From the NCBI RefSeq assembly GCF_009834535.1, contig NC_045698.1, positions 11,658,001-11,722,000 of the forward strand: a stretch of 64,000 bases of DNA, written 5' to 3'. Source of the stretch: Camelus ferus. Its lineage: Eukaryota. The notes beneath the pieces are model-generated. The model did not search any database, was not told the DNA's origin, and was given only the letters and a program-made list of their open reading frames with translations. A program made the position numbers and the translations under genes. The first letter of the stretch is position 1; each line of letters begins with the position of its first letter. Shown in pieces: positions 36,590 through 48,350 of the stretch.

Positions 36590-36900
36590 AACAGAGATGG
36601 TTGAAACTCTTCAATATCCTGCCTTTCTTTCGAAGCAGTGTGGAGCCGTGTAACTAAGTGGGCAACAAGAAGTGAGTGGCCAGATGTCTGCCCCACCAGG
36701 CCTGGCTGTAAAATCATCTGATGTGATCCTGTCCCTGTCTCTGTCTCTGTCTCTGTCTCTGTCTCTGTCTCTGTCTCTGTCTCTGTCTTTGTCTCTCTCT
36801 CTCTCTTCCTTTTTCTCTGGCTCCTGGAGGCCCCATGTTGCAAATGGTTTACCTCCAAGACAGAAGGCACTTGATCCATACTGGACTGGAACATGAGGGA
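36590..36900 (+). mobile_element. Old ERVL/MaLR-type LTR fragment
   Basis: gccgtgtaactaag...gaagtgagtgg...gatgtctgccccaccaggcctggc resembles LTR16/MLT1J-type LTRs. Boundaries are approximate. Confidence 0.5.
36729..36806. repeat. (CTGTCT)n hexamer grading into (CT)n
   Basis: Seen directly. It produces the ETETET/DRDRDR/SLSLSL ORFs. Confidence 0.97.
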
Positions 36901-37189
36901 GCTTCTCTTTGGGTTCAGTGAGTGACGTCACTGAGATGTTGGAGGTTGACCCCCACAGCCTAACCTCCTTCGACTGATACAAGGCTGGTCTGGGCAGGTC
37001 TGGTGAAGTGTCTGGGTCAACACAGTGGAAGTTTATTTGCACATCTAGCCAGACTTCTGTCATTGCTCTGCAGAGGAGAGGGACTGTTCTGATTGTGGCG
37101 AGCCATCTACTTTGCAGACTCCTTCTCCGACCCAGCGTCTAGACCCATGTCTCATGCAGCGTGGGAGAGGGGAGGGGAAAGGAAACGCT

Positions 37190-37630
37190 ATGCACCAAAT
37201 ACTCTCAGTTTGGCCCTCCACATCTCAATTCTGTCTTTTTCTGGCCTCTTCTTTATGAAACCGTCACATTAGCTCCCTTGCCCTCTGGCTTCCAGTTGGA
37301 TAGGGGCAATGGGAGGAGCCTGTAGGAGATTAGAGGGAGGGAGCCGAGTGAAGCTGGGGTATCTGCTCTTCCTGCTCCCTCCCTACCTGACCATGAGCAC
37401 GGCATTCTTCTAACCTCAGTTCATCCTCTTCCACAGCTACAAGCTCTGAGCAGACAGGGTCCAGGAACCTTCCACCTGCGCCTTCACACCCTGCCAGTCT
37501 ACCAGCTCCTGTGGGTTCCCTCGATCCTGCTCACACCACCCACAAAATCTCTCAAGTGATCTGTCTGTTTCTTACCAGGGCTGATGCAGGCAATGTGTAA
37601 TTTAAAAGGTTAAAACTATCTTTATTGAAA
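37190..37630. mobile_element. ERVL LTR33-like element
   Basis: ctcccttgccctctggcttccagttgg...caatgggagg...aggagattagagggaggg...gtgaagctggggtat...ctccctccct matches my recollection of LTR33. Confidence 0.65.
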
Positions 37631-38233
37631 TGACTGTAAGACACCAAGACACAAGTCGGCATTATCAGGGGGAGTGCGACTGAACAGAGAAAGTGAGGTG
37701 TTCCCCCTGTTCTGACCCAAGGTACAGGGCAGCTGGGCCATTTGCAGGCTCCCAGAAACCCACTGACACATCGGAGCTCTCGTGAGTGAGCTCGCAGCCT
37801 CCCCCCGCCGGGCTGGAGGGACCCACAGGGACCGCGCCAGCCTCCAGGCAGCTCAAATGTGGGCTCAGGAGACTGCGGCTGGGTACTCCCGGGCAGCTTT
37901 GCCAATTGCTGAACAACTATTAACTACCAAGGGATATTCAAGCCCATTGAAATGACCCCTGGAGTACCCAAGGATATTCAGGGAAAAGTCTGAAGTTGTT
38001 CAGGGTCCCTCTATAGGGAGGAGCGGCAAGAACCAGAAAAACAGAATTTAATGCTTTTGATGTGACTACCTTCGTAATTCTAGATGGACGTGACCTGGGG
38101 AAATAACCTTTCTTAGAGAAGGTGGTGTGGGGAAAAGTCTCAGAGTGTAGAAACAACCTAACAAATGAAAGAACCTCCTTGGAAATAGCCTCCTTGGGAG
38201 GAATTTTACGGGCTACTAGTCAAGTACTAAAGA

Positions 38234-38305
38234 GTGTGTGTGTGTGTGTGTGTGTGTGTGCATGTGTGTGTGCATGTGTGTGTGCGTGTGCGTGTGTGCG
38301 TGTGT
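38234..38305. repeat. (TG)n microsatellite with TGCA/TGCG interruptions
   Basis: Seen directly. Uninterrupted purine-pyrimidine alternation. Confidence 0.97.
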
Positions 38306-41084
38306 AAAAACACTACTTTAAATGCATCTTTCAAAGTCCATAAGAAACCGATTCAAAAGTCCAAAATTTAGGGGGAAAAAATGCGAGCAAGCGTGGCCAT
38401 CTGTTCATGCGACTTAACTCAAAAAACACCAATTCCAGTTGGATATTTAAACCTTACACATTCACGTACTTTGTCCTCCTGTGTCTAGTTTTCATCTTCC
38501 AAAGTGTCTCTTTTATTTTCTATGTAAGACCACTCCCCTTTCAACATTTATATTTATGCAAAGAAGTCCCATTAACCCCTGATTAGTAAGGGGTGATGGA
38601 AAGACAAGCTTACAGCTGAATCTCGCTAAGCTTAACATTCAGTCCCTTTCGTGGTAACCTAGGACTTATCAACTGTTCACCACAGTTCATGCAGTTGGTG
38701 TAACTGACAGGCAATTGATGGGAGCTGGCTGCTGCTCACCCTGGCACCTCACTTGCATTCACTTCTGAAAAGCCAGACATCTTACAAATAAAAGAGCCTA
38801 CCGCAGACCATCCAAAGCCATTTATAGGTATTTAGAGTTGTGGCATGGCTAGGAATGTTTTCTATCATCTTCACACAGTTCCAGTGTTTTTTGGTTATAT
38901 TTTCTTGGCATGGCTCAGGAAACCTTTTTCTAGCATACAGTCATGCCCTTTATTTTTTTATAGAAAGCAAAGTACCAGAACAATTTTTAAAGTCACAGTT
39001 TATGAATGGAAAACAAATGTCTTTATTTTTTAAGGCAAGTGTTTTATATGAAATAGCTATGCTAAATTTAACTTTCTTTAATATAAAGACATCCAAAGAA
39101 AGATATTTAACATATTTACTTTAGGGTCATTCTACATTCTCATTATACCTTAAGTAAATCATTTTTCAAACACCTTGCTGGCTCAGCAATACTTTATTTC
39201 TATAGTGAGTTTCAGCAACTCCAGAAAAGACTTTATAAACGGTAGCTGTGGAACTAAGACATTTCTAATACCCTTCTTGAGTTTGTCTTCAGCTGTTTCG
39301 ATAGAGAAATAGTAATTTCCAACTGACATTTTTTTCCAATAAGCTACACAATTCTTTTGTTTGAGGCCATTTTTTGCCACCTGTCCCAACTCACTTTTAT
39401 CTTTACACGGCAGTGGGAATATGTTACCAGAGTGAGGAATGCCTTTCAAGGACCAGAAGAAAAATAAGTCAAAATGAGAAGAGAGTGTGCAGTCAAATTT
39501 GTGTTATGGAATACAAAGAGGGTAAAATTTCCACGTCTTCCCTTTTTTAGTATTTCAAGATATGTTTCCTAGGGAATTAGTAAAGACAAAATATTTTATC
39601 AGTTATGGAGAAAATGAGATAAACATTTATTGCCCCTAAGATTTTGTCTAACTGCATTATGTAAATATAAGTAAAATCTCACTTTAATAAATTCAATAAC
39701 TATATCCAGGTTCAATTTTGGAAATTTGGTCTATCTCTCTGATAATAATTCATATTAACTGCTGTGCTGATGGAAATACCGTAAATTTTAGGTGATAAGC
39801 ACACTCATATAAGTGTGTTCATATTCTTCTTAACCACTTATTAAACATTGGTCCATGTTTCTAATCAATAAACATCATGAGCTCTTCAAAAAGACTGTGG
39901 ACAGACCTTGAACTTGAATACTCCTGTGATGCTAAGTACACTCACAAATTAGGATATTGTGATACAAAATACTGTGCTGATGCTATTTGGGCAATATAAA
40001 TAAAGTTTTGTTGTTTTGCAAACTTCTGTAGAGCTGTGGAATAATTACAGAACAAAGTCAGTGTGAGGTGCTACTCAAGGGAGAACAAATCACTCTTTGG
40101 AAAATAAAATATCCTTGGTTCCGGTTAAAGAAAAAAATCTGATGATGATGACATACACGAAAAGAGTAGCTATAAAAAGGCCAAAGGCAACAGCAATCGC
40201 ATAGATGGAAACAGCTAAGAAAGCATTTTAAACAAAGTCAGATGCTCAAAATATACTTCTAACTTGTGTTACACACACTGAGGTAGAAGGAGTCACCACC
40301 ACGTGCAAATCAACCCAGCATCACTGCTGGAGATCCAACCATAAGTTGACAGTCTAACTCCAGATGTGTTTATATAGTAGGCACCACGTTTTCCATTCTC
40401 ACTGAAACTAGTTCACTTCCTAAATCTTTCTCCACCTGCCAAATTCATTGTAATCCATATGCCTGGTGTTAATTTACTAGGCAAATATGATTGGATGGGA
40501 CCCTTCATTTGAAAAGATGAAATAATGATAAATATCTACTATGCATGACTTTAAATACACATGTTAAAGCCAGCAGCACCTAACTGCCCCATTTAAGGAC
40601 AGCCTAAAGAAGTGCACAGAAGGCAGGGCTCACCTAATACAAATGCACATGAAATATTATGGCAAGTGCTACAACAGTTAAACATAATTCTCCAAAAAAA
40701 ATTTTCCTAATCCTAATGGCAATAACTCCTCATTAGTTTGTAAGGAAGAAAGCAAACAATTATCATGAAAGAAATGGCAGGCAATAATGTAGTTTGGTTC
40801 ATAAGCGGTAACATAATCCCATTAGAATTTCCTTTTATGGAGAAATGGAAGCAGAAAATAGTAAATTACAATGTATTACTTATGATTTTCTAGATGACAA
40901 GAGATAGATTTTGGAAATATTTTCAATTTTGAAATATAATAAATATACAACATTGTAACTAGGCAAAGACAAAGGTGAAAAAAGATTTGGACCTTAATAA
41001 TAGAAAGAAAAGAAAAAAATACAATTTAAAATAAACTATATTATCGGCAAAGCAGTGTGAAGAACTAGGGGGAAAATAAAGAAT

Positions 41085-41225
41085 AAAAAGGCACTGGATT
41101 GATAGAACCTAGATATGAATTCCCATCCTGGAATCATGAATGAGTCACCCCAACCCCAGTGGGGCTCAGTTTCTTCCCATTGAACTTGGTGATCTCTTGG
41201 CTCCTTCCCAGCTCAACTATTCTAG
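41085..41225 (+). mobile_element. MIR3-like SINE fragment
   Basis: ggcactggattg...agaacctagat...gagtcacc...ggctcagtttctt...gatctct...ccttcccagctc. Confidence 0.6.
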
Positions 41226-42014
41226 GAACACTGCCATTTCACAAAGGATAGCTTAAATAGGAAGATCATTTTACTTTGTGTTTAGGAACCGGAATACATG
41301 TTTTATTTGTTTTTTCTCTAAATACCTACTTGGTTCTATCTTCTTCCAGCTTCTGATGTGAAATATTGAACAGTGGTGATGTGGCAGCATTTGAAAGGGA
41401 GACACAATGATCAAGTCGCAGATGCTCTGAGATAAAGTTCACCCCCGTGGAAAGAACAGAAAAGAAAAGCAGAGACGAAGCCACTGACTGCAGCCTGAAA
41501 GTGTAGTTCAGAGCTGGCTACAGAGGATTCCTTTCATCCCTGATCCAAGACCCCAGGGCAGGAGCTCCAAGCATCTCCAACCGTGGCTGAGGAGGCTGCC
41601 CAGGTGATGCAGGAGAATGTGTCACAGCAGCGCTTCCTCTTACCTATAAGGCAGATCATCTGCTATGTTCAGAACCAAGTATAACATGACTTATTCTCAC
41701 AGTGTTTAAATGGCCTAAGGGCAAAGATAAGGAGAGAAATAATTCTATAGCTGAGAAGGAAGGAGACAGTACAAAGAATAATGAGCCCTGGTCTGAATAT
41801 GTTCCTTTTGGTCCAATCTTACCCGCCTCAGACCAGTCATGTTTGTCCTGCCAGTCCAACTTAGCACCTATATCTGGGCTCCATTCCTTGCTGGTCTAGA
41901 AGTTTCCACCGTGCATCTATCTTTGGCTTCTTCCTCCTTAACATGGCCCTCATAACTCCCCTATAGTGACTGGATTGCCAGAACCAATGATATATTAATG
42001 ATAGAAAGTTTGTA

Positions 42015-42219
42015 CAGTTGTCTCTGATATATGCAGGAGATTGGTTCCAGGACCAAAACCTGCGGATGGTCAAGTCCCACAGTCTGCCCTCCGAATCTGA
42101 GGTTCTGCACCTGTTCATTCAACCAAACTCAGATGTGTAGTACTGTAATATTTATTGAAAAAAATTCATGTATAAGTGGATGCATGCTGTTCAAATCTAT
42201 GTTGTTCAAGGGTCAGCAG
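42015..42219 (+). mobile_element. TcMar-Tigger MITE (MER8/MER2-like)
   Basis: ta|cagttgtctct...attggttccaggacc...caagtccc...tataagtgga...ttcaaa...tgttgttcaagggtcag. Confidence 0.8.
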
Positions 42220-42845
42220 TGCATGGAAATTTAGTTGTGTAATGAGAGCTCTTTACAAGCAAGGTACTAAGTTATGGAAAAAGTTTCAGTAACAGGGAAA
42301 TAAGGGGTTGTATTTGGATATGGATGATTTATATTTAAAGTGTCAGAGAACAAGATAGTGTAGAGTGTTAGCCTGGAGACCAAAAATAAAAGAGTTGATA
42401 TTTTATTAAAGGAATCCAAAGAACATTTTAGAAGACTTCCTGGAAGCCACAGAAGTATAAAAGAAGCAATGCCTGATAAAAACTAGAAGCAGAAAATAAC
42501 AAGAAAAAAAATCCTTAGATGAAAACTCAATAGGAACAGAAAGAAACACAACTGACTGCAATAGACATAAAGATAAATAATTGCAAGTAAATAATAAAAC
42601 ATAACAAGCAAATCAAAATTCACATTACAGTAGGCAACTGACATTAACACAGACATAGGAAGACACAAATAATCAAAGACATATGGAAGAAGACCTTCCT
42701 GCACTTAATAAAGCAGAGTAGAATTATAAGATGTCTCTTAGATACACACTAGAAAAATCTTTGAAACAAAAGGATGAGGAAATATCCTCAAGTGATCCAG
42801 TGAAAAAACTAACACACAAACAAAAACCAAACTACAGACCTATTC

Positions 42846-43323
42846 TGTGGAAAATGGAAAGGATGCCCACCATTATCTACTCCTCCCGTTATCCATGCCT
42901 TTTGCAATGCATCTGCATTTTGCAGTTCCTCCGATTGAGAGGTGGAGCCTGTTTCTTCATTCCTTGAATCTGATCTGGTTCTGTCACTTGCTTTTGCCAA
43001 CAAATGTATCAGAAATAGCTGTGTACCAGTTCCAAGTTTTTTTGGAACCCTACCATTTGAACAGGCAAGCTAGCCTACTGAAGGAGAACCCAGTTGCCCT
43101 AGCCCAGCCCATCAGAGCTCAGCCAGCCTGCCAATGCCCAAAATGTAAGAAGTCTTGGCTAAGATCAGCAGAACCATCTCTGACTGCATAAGCATGAGAG
43201 AATCCAGCCAAGACCAGAAGACCACACAGACTGCCAAAGACTAATAAACAATAACAAAGGATTATTGTTGTAAGCCACTGAGCTCTAGAGTTTTTTGTTA
43301 CACAGCACTAGCTAACTAATTTA
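42846..43323 (+). mobile_element. MaLR LTR (MLT1G/H-like)
   Basis: atccatgccttttgcaatg...gaggtggagcc...ccttgaatctg...taagccactgag...gttacacagcactagctaact. Confidence 0.8.
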
Positions 43324-43419
43324 CCTAAATAGGAGCAAAAAACTGTCACATGCACACAGACACACACAGAGACGTGTATGCACAAATACATATTTGTAAA
43401 AATATGAATAATGTTGAAA

Positions 43420-44255
43420 TATTTGAAATGCCTCTAAAAGAAATAAAACTATACTCCAACAGACAACTGGGCAAAGAACTTATTTTAGACAATTGACAGA
43501 AAAAATACAAATGACTAATAAGTATCACTCTATGCAACTCCATAGATGAAAGAAACAAAAAGAAAAACAAAGAAATGCCATTTTTCCTACATTAAATTGA
43601 CAACAAAATTTAAAACTCATGAGGCTATCTGCTGAGGTTGGCATGGGAGGGAACCCCTCAAACACACTCCTGATGAGAATGTAAAATGGCACAGCCATTC
43701 CTATAACCAATCTCATATTATATTTTGAGCCTGAAAAATGCTCATGCTTATATTTCTGTACATGTAGTTTTTCACTTAAAAACATTTAATAAACAGAAAA
43801 ATCGGAACCAAAAAATCCTCATGCTCCTTCACTTATTAATTCTACATCTCAGACATTATTTTAACAAAATATTTATAAATATGAACAAAATTTGGTAACA
43901 CAAGAACTTCAACAGTAAAGAAATGACTAACTAAATTCTGATACAGCCTTATAATTAAAAATTATGTAGCCATTACAAAAACCACATGTAAAGAATAGTT
44001 ACCAAAATGAGATAACATAACAATATAAAGAGAAAAATGCAACACTAAGTTTTAGGTATTTAAAGCATGACTAAAATTTAATAAAATTACATATGTGTGT
44101 ATATTTAAGACTAGAAAGAAACACAAAGTCATGCTAAGTAATCTTTGTACCCACAGGATTATTATTATGGGTGACATTACACACACAGACAGAGTTTTCA
44201 AATTCCCTACACCAGCATACGTTAATTTTATAAATACAACCAATAAGTTCATTTT
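43420..44255 (+). mobile_element. Old L1ME-type ORF2 end / 3' UTR fragments
   Basis: aactgggcaaagaactt...aatacaaatgactaataag...gatgagaatgtaaaatggcacagcc...attatgtagccatta. Confidence 0.65.
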
Positions 44256-44273
44256 TTTCAACAATTAGTTATA

Positions 44274-44662
44274 TAGCAACCTAAGTACCCATCAATAAAT
44301 GAATGGATAAAGAGGTGGGGAGTAGGGGGAGGGAGAGCTGGATGAAGACAGTTAAAAGGTACAAACTTCCCATCATGAGATAAATAAGTACTAGAGGTGT
44401 AATGTACAACGTGATAAATATAATAATGCTGCCGTATGTTATATATGCGAGTTGTTAAGAGAGTAAATCCTTAGTTGTCATCACAAGAGAATTTTTTTTC
44501 TCCATTTTTAAAATTTTGTATCTATATGAGATGATGGATGCCCACCAAACCTACTGCGGTAATCAGTTCATAATGCATGTAAGTCAAATCATTGCACTGA
44601 ACACCTTAAACTCATGTAGTGCTGTATGTCAATTATATGTCAGTAGTACCGGAAGGAAAAAA
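44274..44662 (+). mobile_element. 5'-truncated L1 3' end (L1MA9-like) with an internal deletion
   Basis: gcaacctaagtacccatcaataaatgaatggataaag joined to the G-rich 3' UTR, then an A tail. Perfect 14-bp TSD aacaattagttata (44260-44273 / 44663-44676). Confidence 0.9.
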
Positions 44663-44899
44663 AACAATTAGTTATAGCTTCGGATGAATTTTTGAAGTCA
44701 ATTCCTGGCACAGTACATTTTATAATCTTTCTATGGGTCACTACACATTGGCACAGTATATAAACTTAGTGGCTTTGGATCTTTTACCAAATCAGGAGAC
44801 TTTATAAATTCAGAATGACATTGTTAAATGCTGATGTGATCAGAAATAAACAGAAAGAGATCCAAAAGGGATGTCTGCTGGGACACTTCAGAGGATACA

Positions 44900-45240
44900 C
44901 TAATGACACAATGCAACACAGAGAGCGAGTGCAGGTGTGTATGAAACAGATCTAGCAGTTAGTGGACCAGAAACTGAATGAACGTGAATTAGAAAGCTGT
45001 GCGTAAAATCAAGTACATTACTGAAAACTGCATTGACCAATAAGAATGAGGAATGAGGTTATTCCCTCCCTACCTTATTGGCCACATATAGTCCTTTATG
45101 AACATCATCTACAGTTTTTGGATCCACAATTTTAAAAGAAAGGTTCAAAGGAAAACATTATAAATAATAGTAACTCTTCAGAAATGAGATCTTGTAGCCC
45201 AAAGAGAACACTATCAAAAAGTTTAAAAGTCTTAGGATAG
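44900..45240 (+). mobile_element. Ancient CR1/L3 LINE fragment
   Basis: tagtggaccagaaactgaat...gaggttattccctccctac...cagtttttggatccacaattttaa resembles the 3' part of CR1/L3 ORF2. Confidence 0.55.
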
Positions 45241-45699
45241 ATGAAAAGTAATTATTACACAGCTGCCAGTGATCAAATGGTCTCCATGTCTCCTGAGAAA
45301 ATGCCCCAAAAAAGTATGAGTGAGTCATGTGATAGTCATCTCCCCTCCCTCCCACCCCTTGCCTCCAACTACACATATAGTTACAGCTACAGTTTCCTCA
45401 GTGCAAAGATGTGGGAAAAGATATCAAAGAAAACTAAAAAAAAAAAAATAATAAAATAAAAGAATAAAGGAGGGGAGGGAAGGAGAGAGAGAGGTGTGGT
45501 GGGGAGGGGGAGGGGAGAGAAAAGAAGGGAAAGAGGTGGAACAAACTTTGAAAGATCTTCAGCAAGAAAACAAGTGCCTCTCTAAAAGGACAGAGAGAAG
45601 GTAGACCTGGAATTGAATTCTAGCCTGCCCCATCTCTTACTATGCCTCAGTTTCTCACCTGTACATTAAGGAGGATGATAAATGAAATATGAGCTTTAA

Positions 45700-48350
45700 A
45701 AATTCAGGGAAAATATGACAGCAGTTAGACAAATGCTATGTTTGCATAAATGGTGTCCCAGAATAAGGAAAAGCAAATAGCTCACATAAATAGATAAATA
45801 CATATATACATACATACAGGTAAATAATGCAAGAAAATGTTTAGAAATAAAAGAAACAGATTAAAAGTACACATTGGCTATCAGGGAAAAAAATCATATG
45901 TAACAATAGACATGAAGTTAGTGGATTTCAATGATAAAGAAAAATCCTTTGGGCATCCGGATAGGATAAAGGGATAAATTAATGTTGAAGGAAAAGACAT
46001 GAGCTAACCTTGGCTTCTCCCTGGAAACATTCCATATTAAGACATGGCAGAAGGCCTCCAAAGTCCCCAGGCAAAGAAAGCCAACAGACAATTAAAACAT
46101 TTCAGCAAAATGCCTAGTAGTAACCACTGACTGCATTTAAACAAGGAATGAGAATTAAAGCCACTGTGAGAACTGGGGCTACAGAATAGAAGGGGAATGG
46201 TGTAGAGAATGTAGAAATGAGGTAACTAATAAGACGAACAGAGCGGACAGAAGAGGAGCTAAGAGGTGGAGGGATGCGCTGACTAACTCATGGATACTGC
46301 TTAAAAGACAATAATTACTAAGTATAACTATGAAGCCAGAGTTACAAAGGTTATCACTAAAGGAGTTATGACATAACAGGCAAGAACTTTCCAAATAACA
46401 ACAACAAAAAAAAAATACAATTAAACTGAGACCATATAACAATAAATTAGCCAGAAAAGGAAGTAAAGAAACAATCATTTTTAAAGTCACATCCAAAGCA
46501 ATAAAATACTTAGGAATAAATCTGACCAAGGAGGTGAAAGACTTACACATGGAGAACTACAAAATACTGATTAAGGAAATTAAAGATGACTTAAAGAAAT
46601 GGAAAGATAGCCCATGCTACTGGATTGGAAGAATCAATATTGTTAAAATGGTCACACTGCCCAAGGCAATCTACAGATTTAACGTGATCCCTGTCGAATT
46701 ACCCAGGACATTTTTCACAGAACTAGAACAAATAATCCTAAACTGAGACCATATAATAAAAAGTTAAGCAATAAAACAAAGAATAACATAAAACTATTAC
46801 CAAATTAAGACTAAACACACTTATTACAGTAAGAAATATATTTGCATTATATTCATTCAAAAATCAAAACAAAACAAAAAAACCCCAAAACAAACAAAAA
46901 ACCCCCACTTTGTTCCCCAAAGGAAAAAAACAAATTGTATGTATGCTCTATGTCAGAAACAGCGAAAATAAAGTGACTTAATAAAATTGAAAACAAAATT
47001 TTGGGCAAAGGCATGGACAGGCAAGTACCAACAAAAAGTCAGGAATCTTGAGCTTAATATCAGGCACATTGAATTCAAAGCAAATAGCAACCAATAAGAG
47101 AAAGCTACTTTGGAACTGTAGACAGTACAATCCACATGAGCAGTTGTAACATGGCAGCATCCTTTGTATAGCAAAACCTGTATGAAATACAAAAGCATAA
47201 AATTTACAGAAGTTCTGAAATTTACTTCTGCTGAAGAATGACCACACCAACAAGAAATAAAAATAAAATCACAAAGCTGTTCTAATTGATATGTGAAAGG
47301 AATTCCATATCTTAAAACAGAGAATGTGACTTCTTTACAAATCTCCATGGAATATTTTGACCACTGTTTAAGTCAAAAATAAAGCCTCTATCAATTACAA
47401 AAATTGAAACAAAAGATAATTTCTGTTCACATTACTATAAAAATCTATAATAAAACTAGAGATTCAAGGGATCTTACCATCTAAAAAAATTTTAAATTCT
47501 CCAAAATAAGCTTTGTATCAAAAATGAAATCAAAACCAAGAATACAGAATATGCATAAAATAGTGAAAATGGAAGTCTCTGTTGGAATCTCTGGGACTCC
47601 AACTGTGATGTGCTCAGAGGAAAATTCATAGTCTAAATTACTTATTTCAATAAAAAACAAAGAGTCTTCTTTTCAAGTTAAGAAATCTAAGGCCAATAAA
47701 TGAGATAAATCTTTGACTAACCAAAATAGAAAAGAAAAAGATAGAAGTAATATGGAAATAACCACAAATTGTTCATGAAACATGCGACTCATAAAAACCA
47801 CTTGGATCAAAAATATTTACAATAAATGTAAAAACGAAAGGAATGGGTGATTTTGTACACTATCAGTTACCATAAATTAAACTTCAGTACATTTTTAAAG
47901 AATAACTCCCCCAAAATGCACCAGGCTTAATCACTTTCACACTTGTGAATTCTACAAGTGCTTAGAGGCACAGGTAACTTCAGTGCTATTTACCATGCGC
48001 ATAGCCGTGGAAGGGAAGCTTCTGATTTGTTCTGCAAAACCAGCCCAGTGCCACATCTGACAAAGACACCCGCACAAAAAGAAGCTACAGACAAATTTCA
48101 CTTATGTCCTCAGGGCAAAAATCTCAAAGTAAATATGTGGAAGCCAAATTGTGCAGCTCGGTGGGGTTCACAACGGGTGTGCAAGGACTGTTCAACATTA
48201 GAAAATAAGACAACGCAATTCTTCATATTAGTAAATAAAAAGAGAAATTTTATGTTCTCCATTAATGCTGAGAAGGAATTGGACAAAATTTAATAAAATT
48301 TAAAACGTCCATTTTCGACTTTTTAAAACTCTTAATAAAGTAGAAAAACA
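45700..48350 (+). mobile_element. Highly degenerate old L1 (ORF1 end, ORF2 endonuclease and onward)
   Basis: gctctatgtcagaaaca...ttaatatcaggcacattgaattcaaagc (EN-like); ctcagaggaaaattcatag; attaatgctgagaaggaattggacaaaatt (S-I-D-A-E-K-A-F-D-K-I-like). Confidence 0.7.
46440..46738 (+). mobile_element. Young internal L1 ORF2 fragment with no 3' UTR or poly(A), flanked by an 18-bp TSD
   Basis: ORF 46534-46746 ([38 protein letters not shown]...PKAIYRFN) is well-preserved L1 ORF2. taaactgagaccatataa occurs at 46422-46439 and 46739-46756. Confidence 0.92.

Noticed and set aside
36580..37063. ORFs with ETETET/DRDRDR/SLSLSL (RS-like) tracts and an exon-like piece at 36853-37068
   Set aside because: These are translations of the (CTGTCT)n microsatellite and adjacent LTR-like sequence, with no recognisable protein.
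45470..45540. G-rich tract with G-quadruplex potential (also the C-run at about 50980-51005)
   Set aside because: Ordinary low-complexity sequence with no evidence of function.
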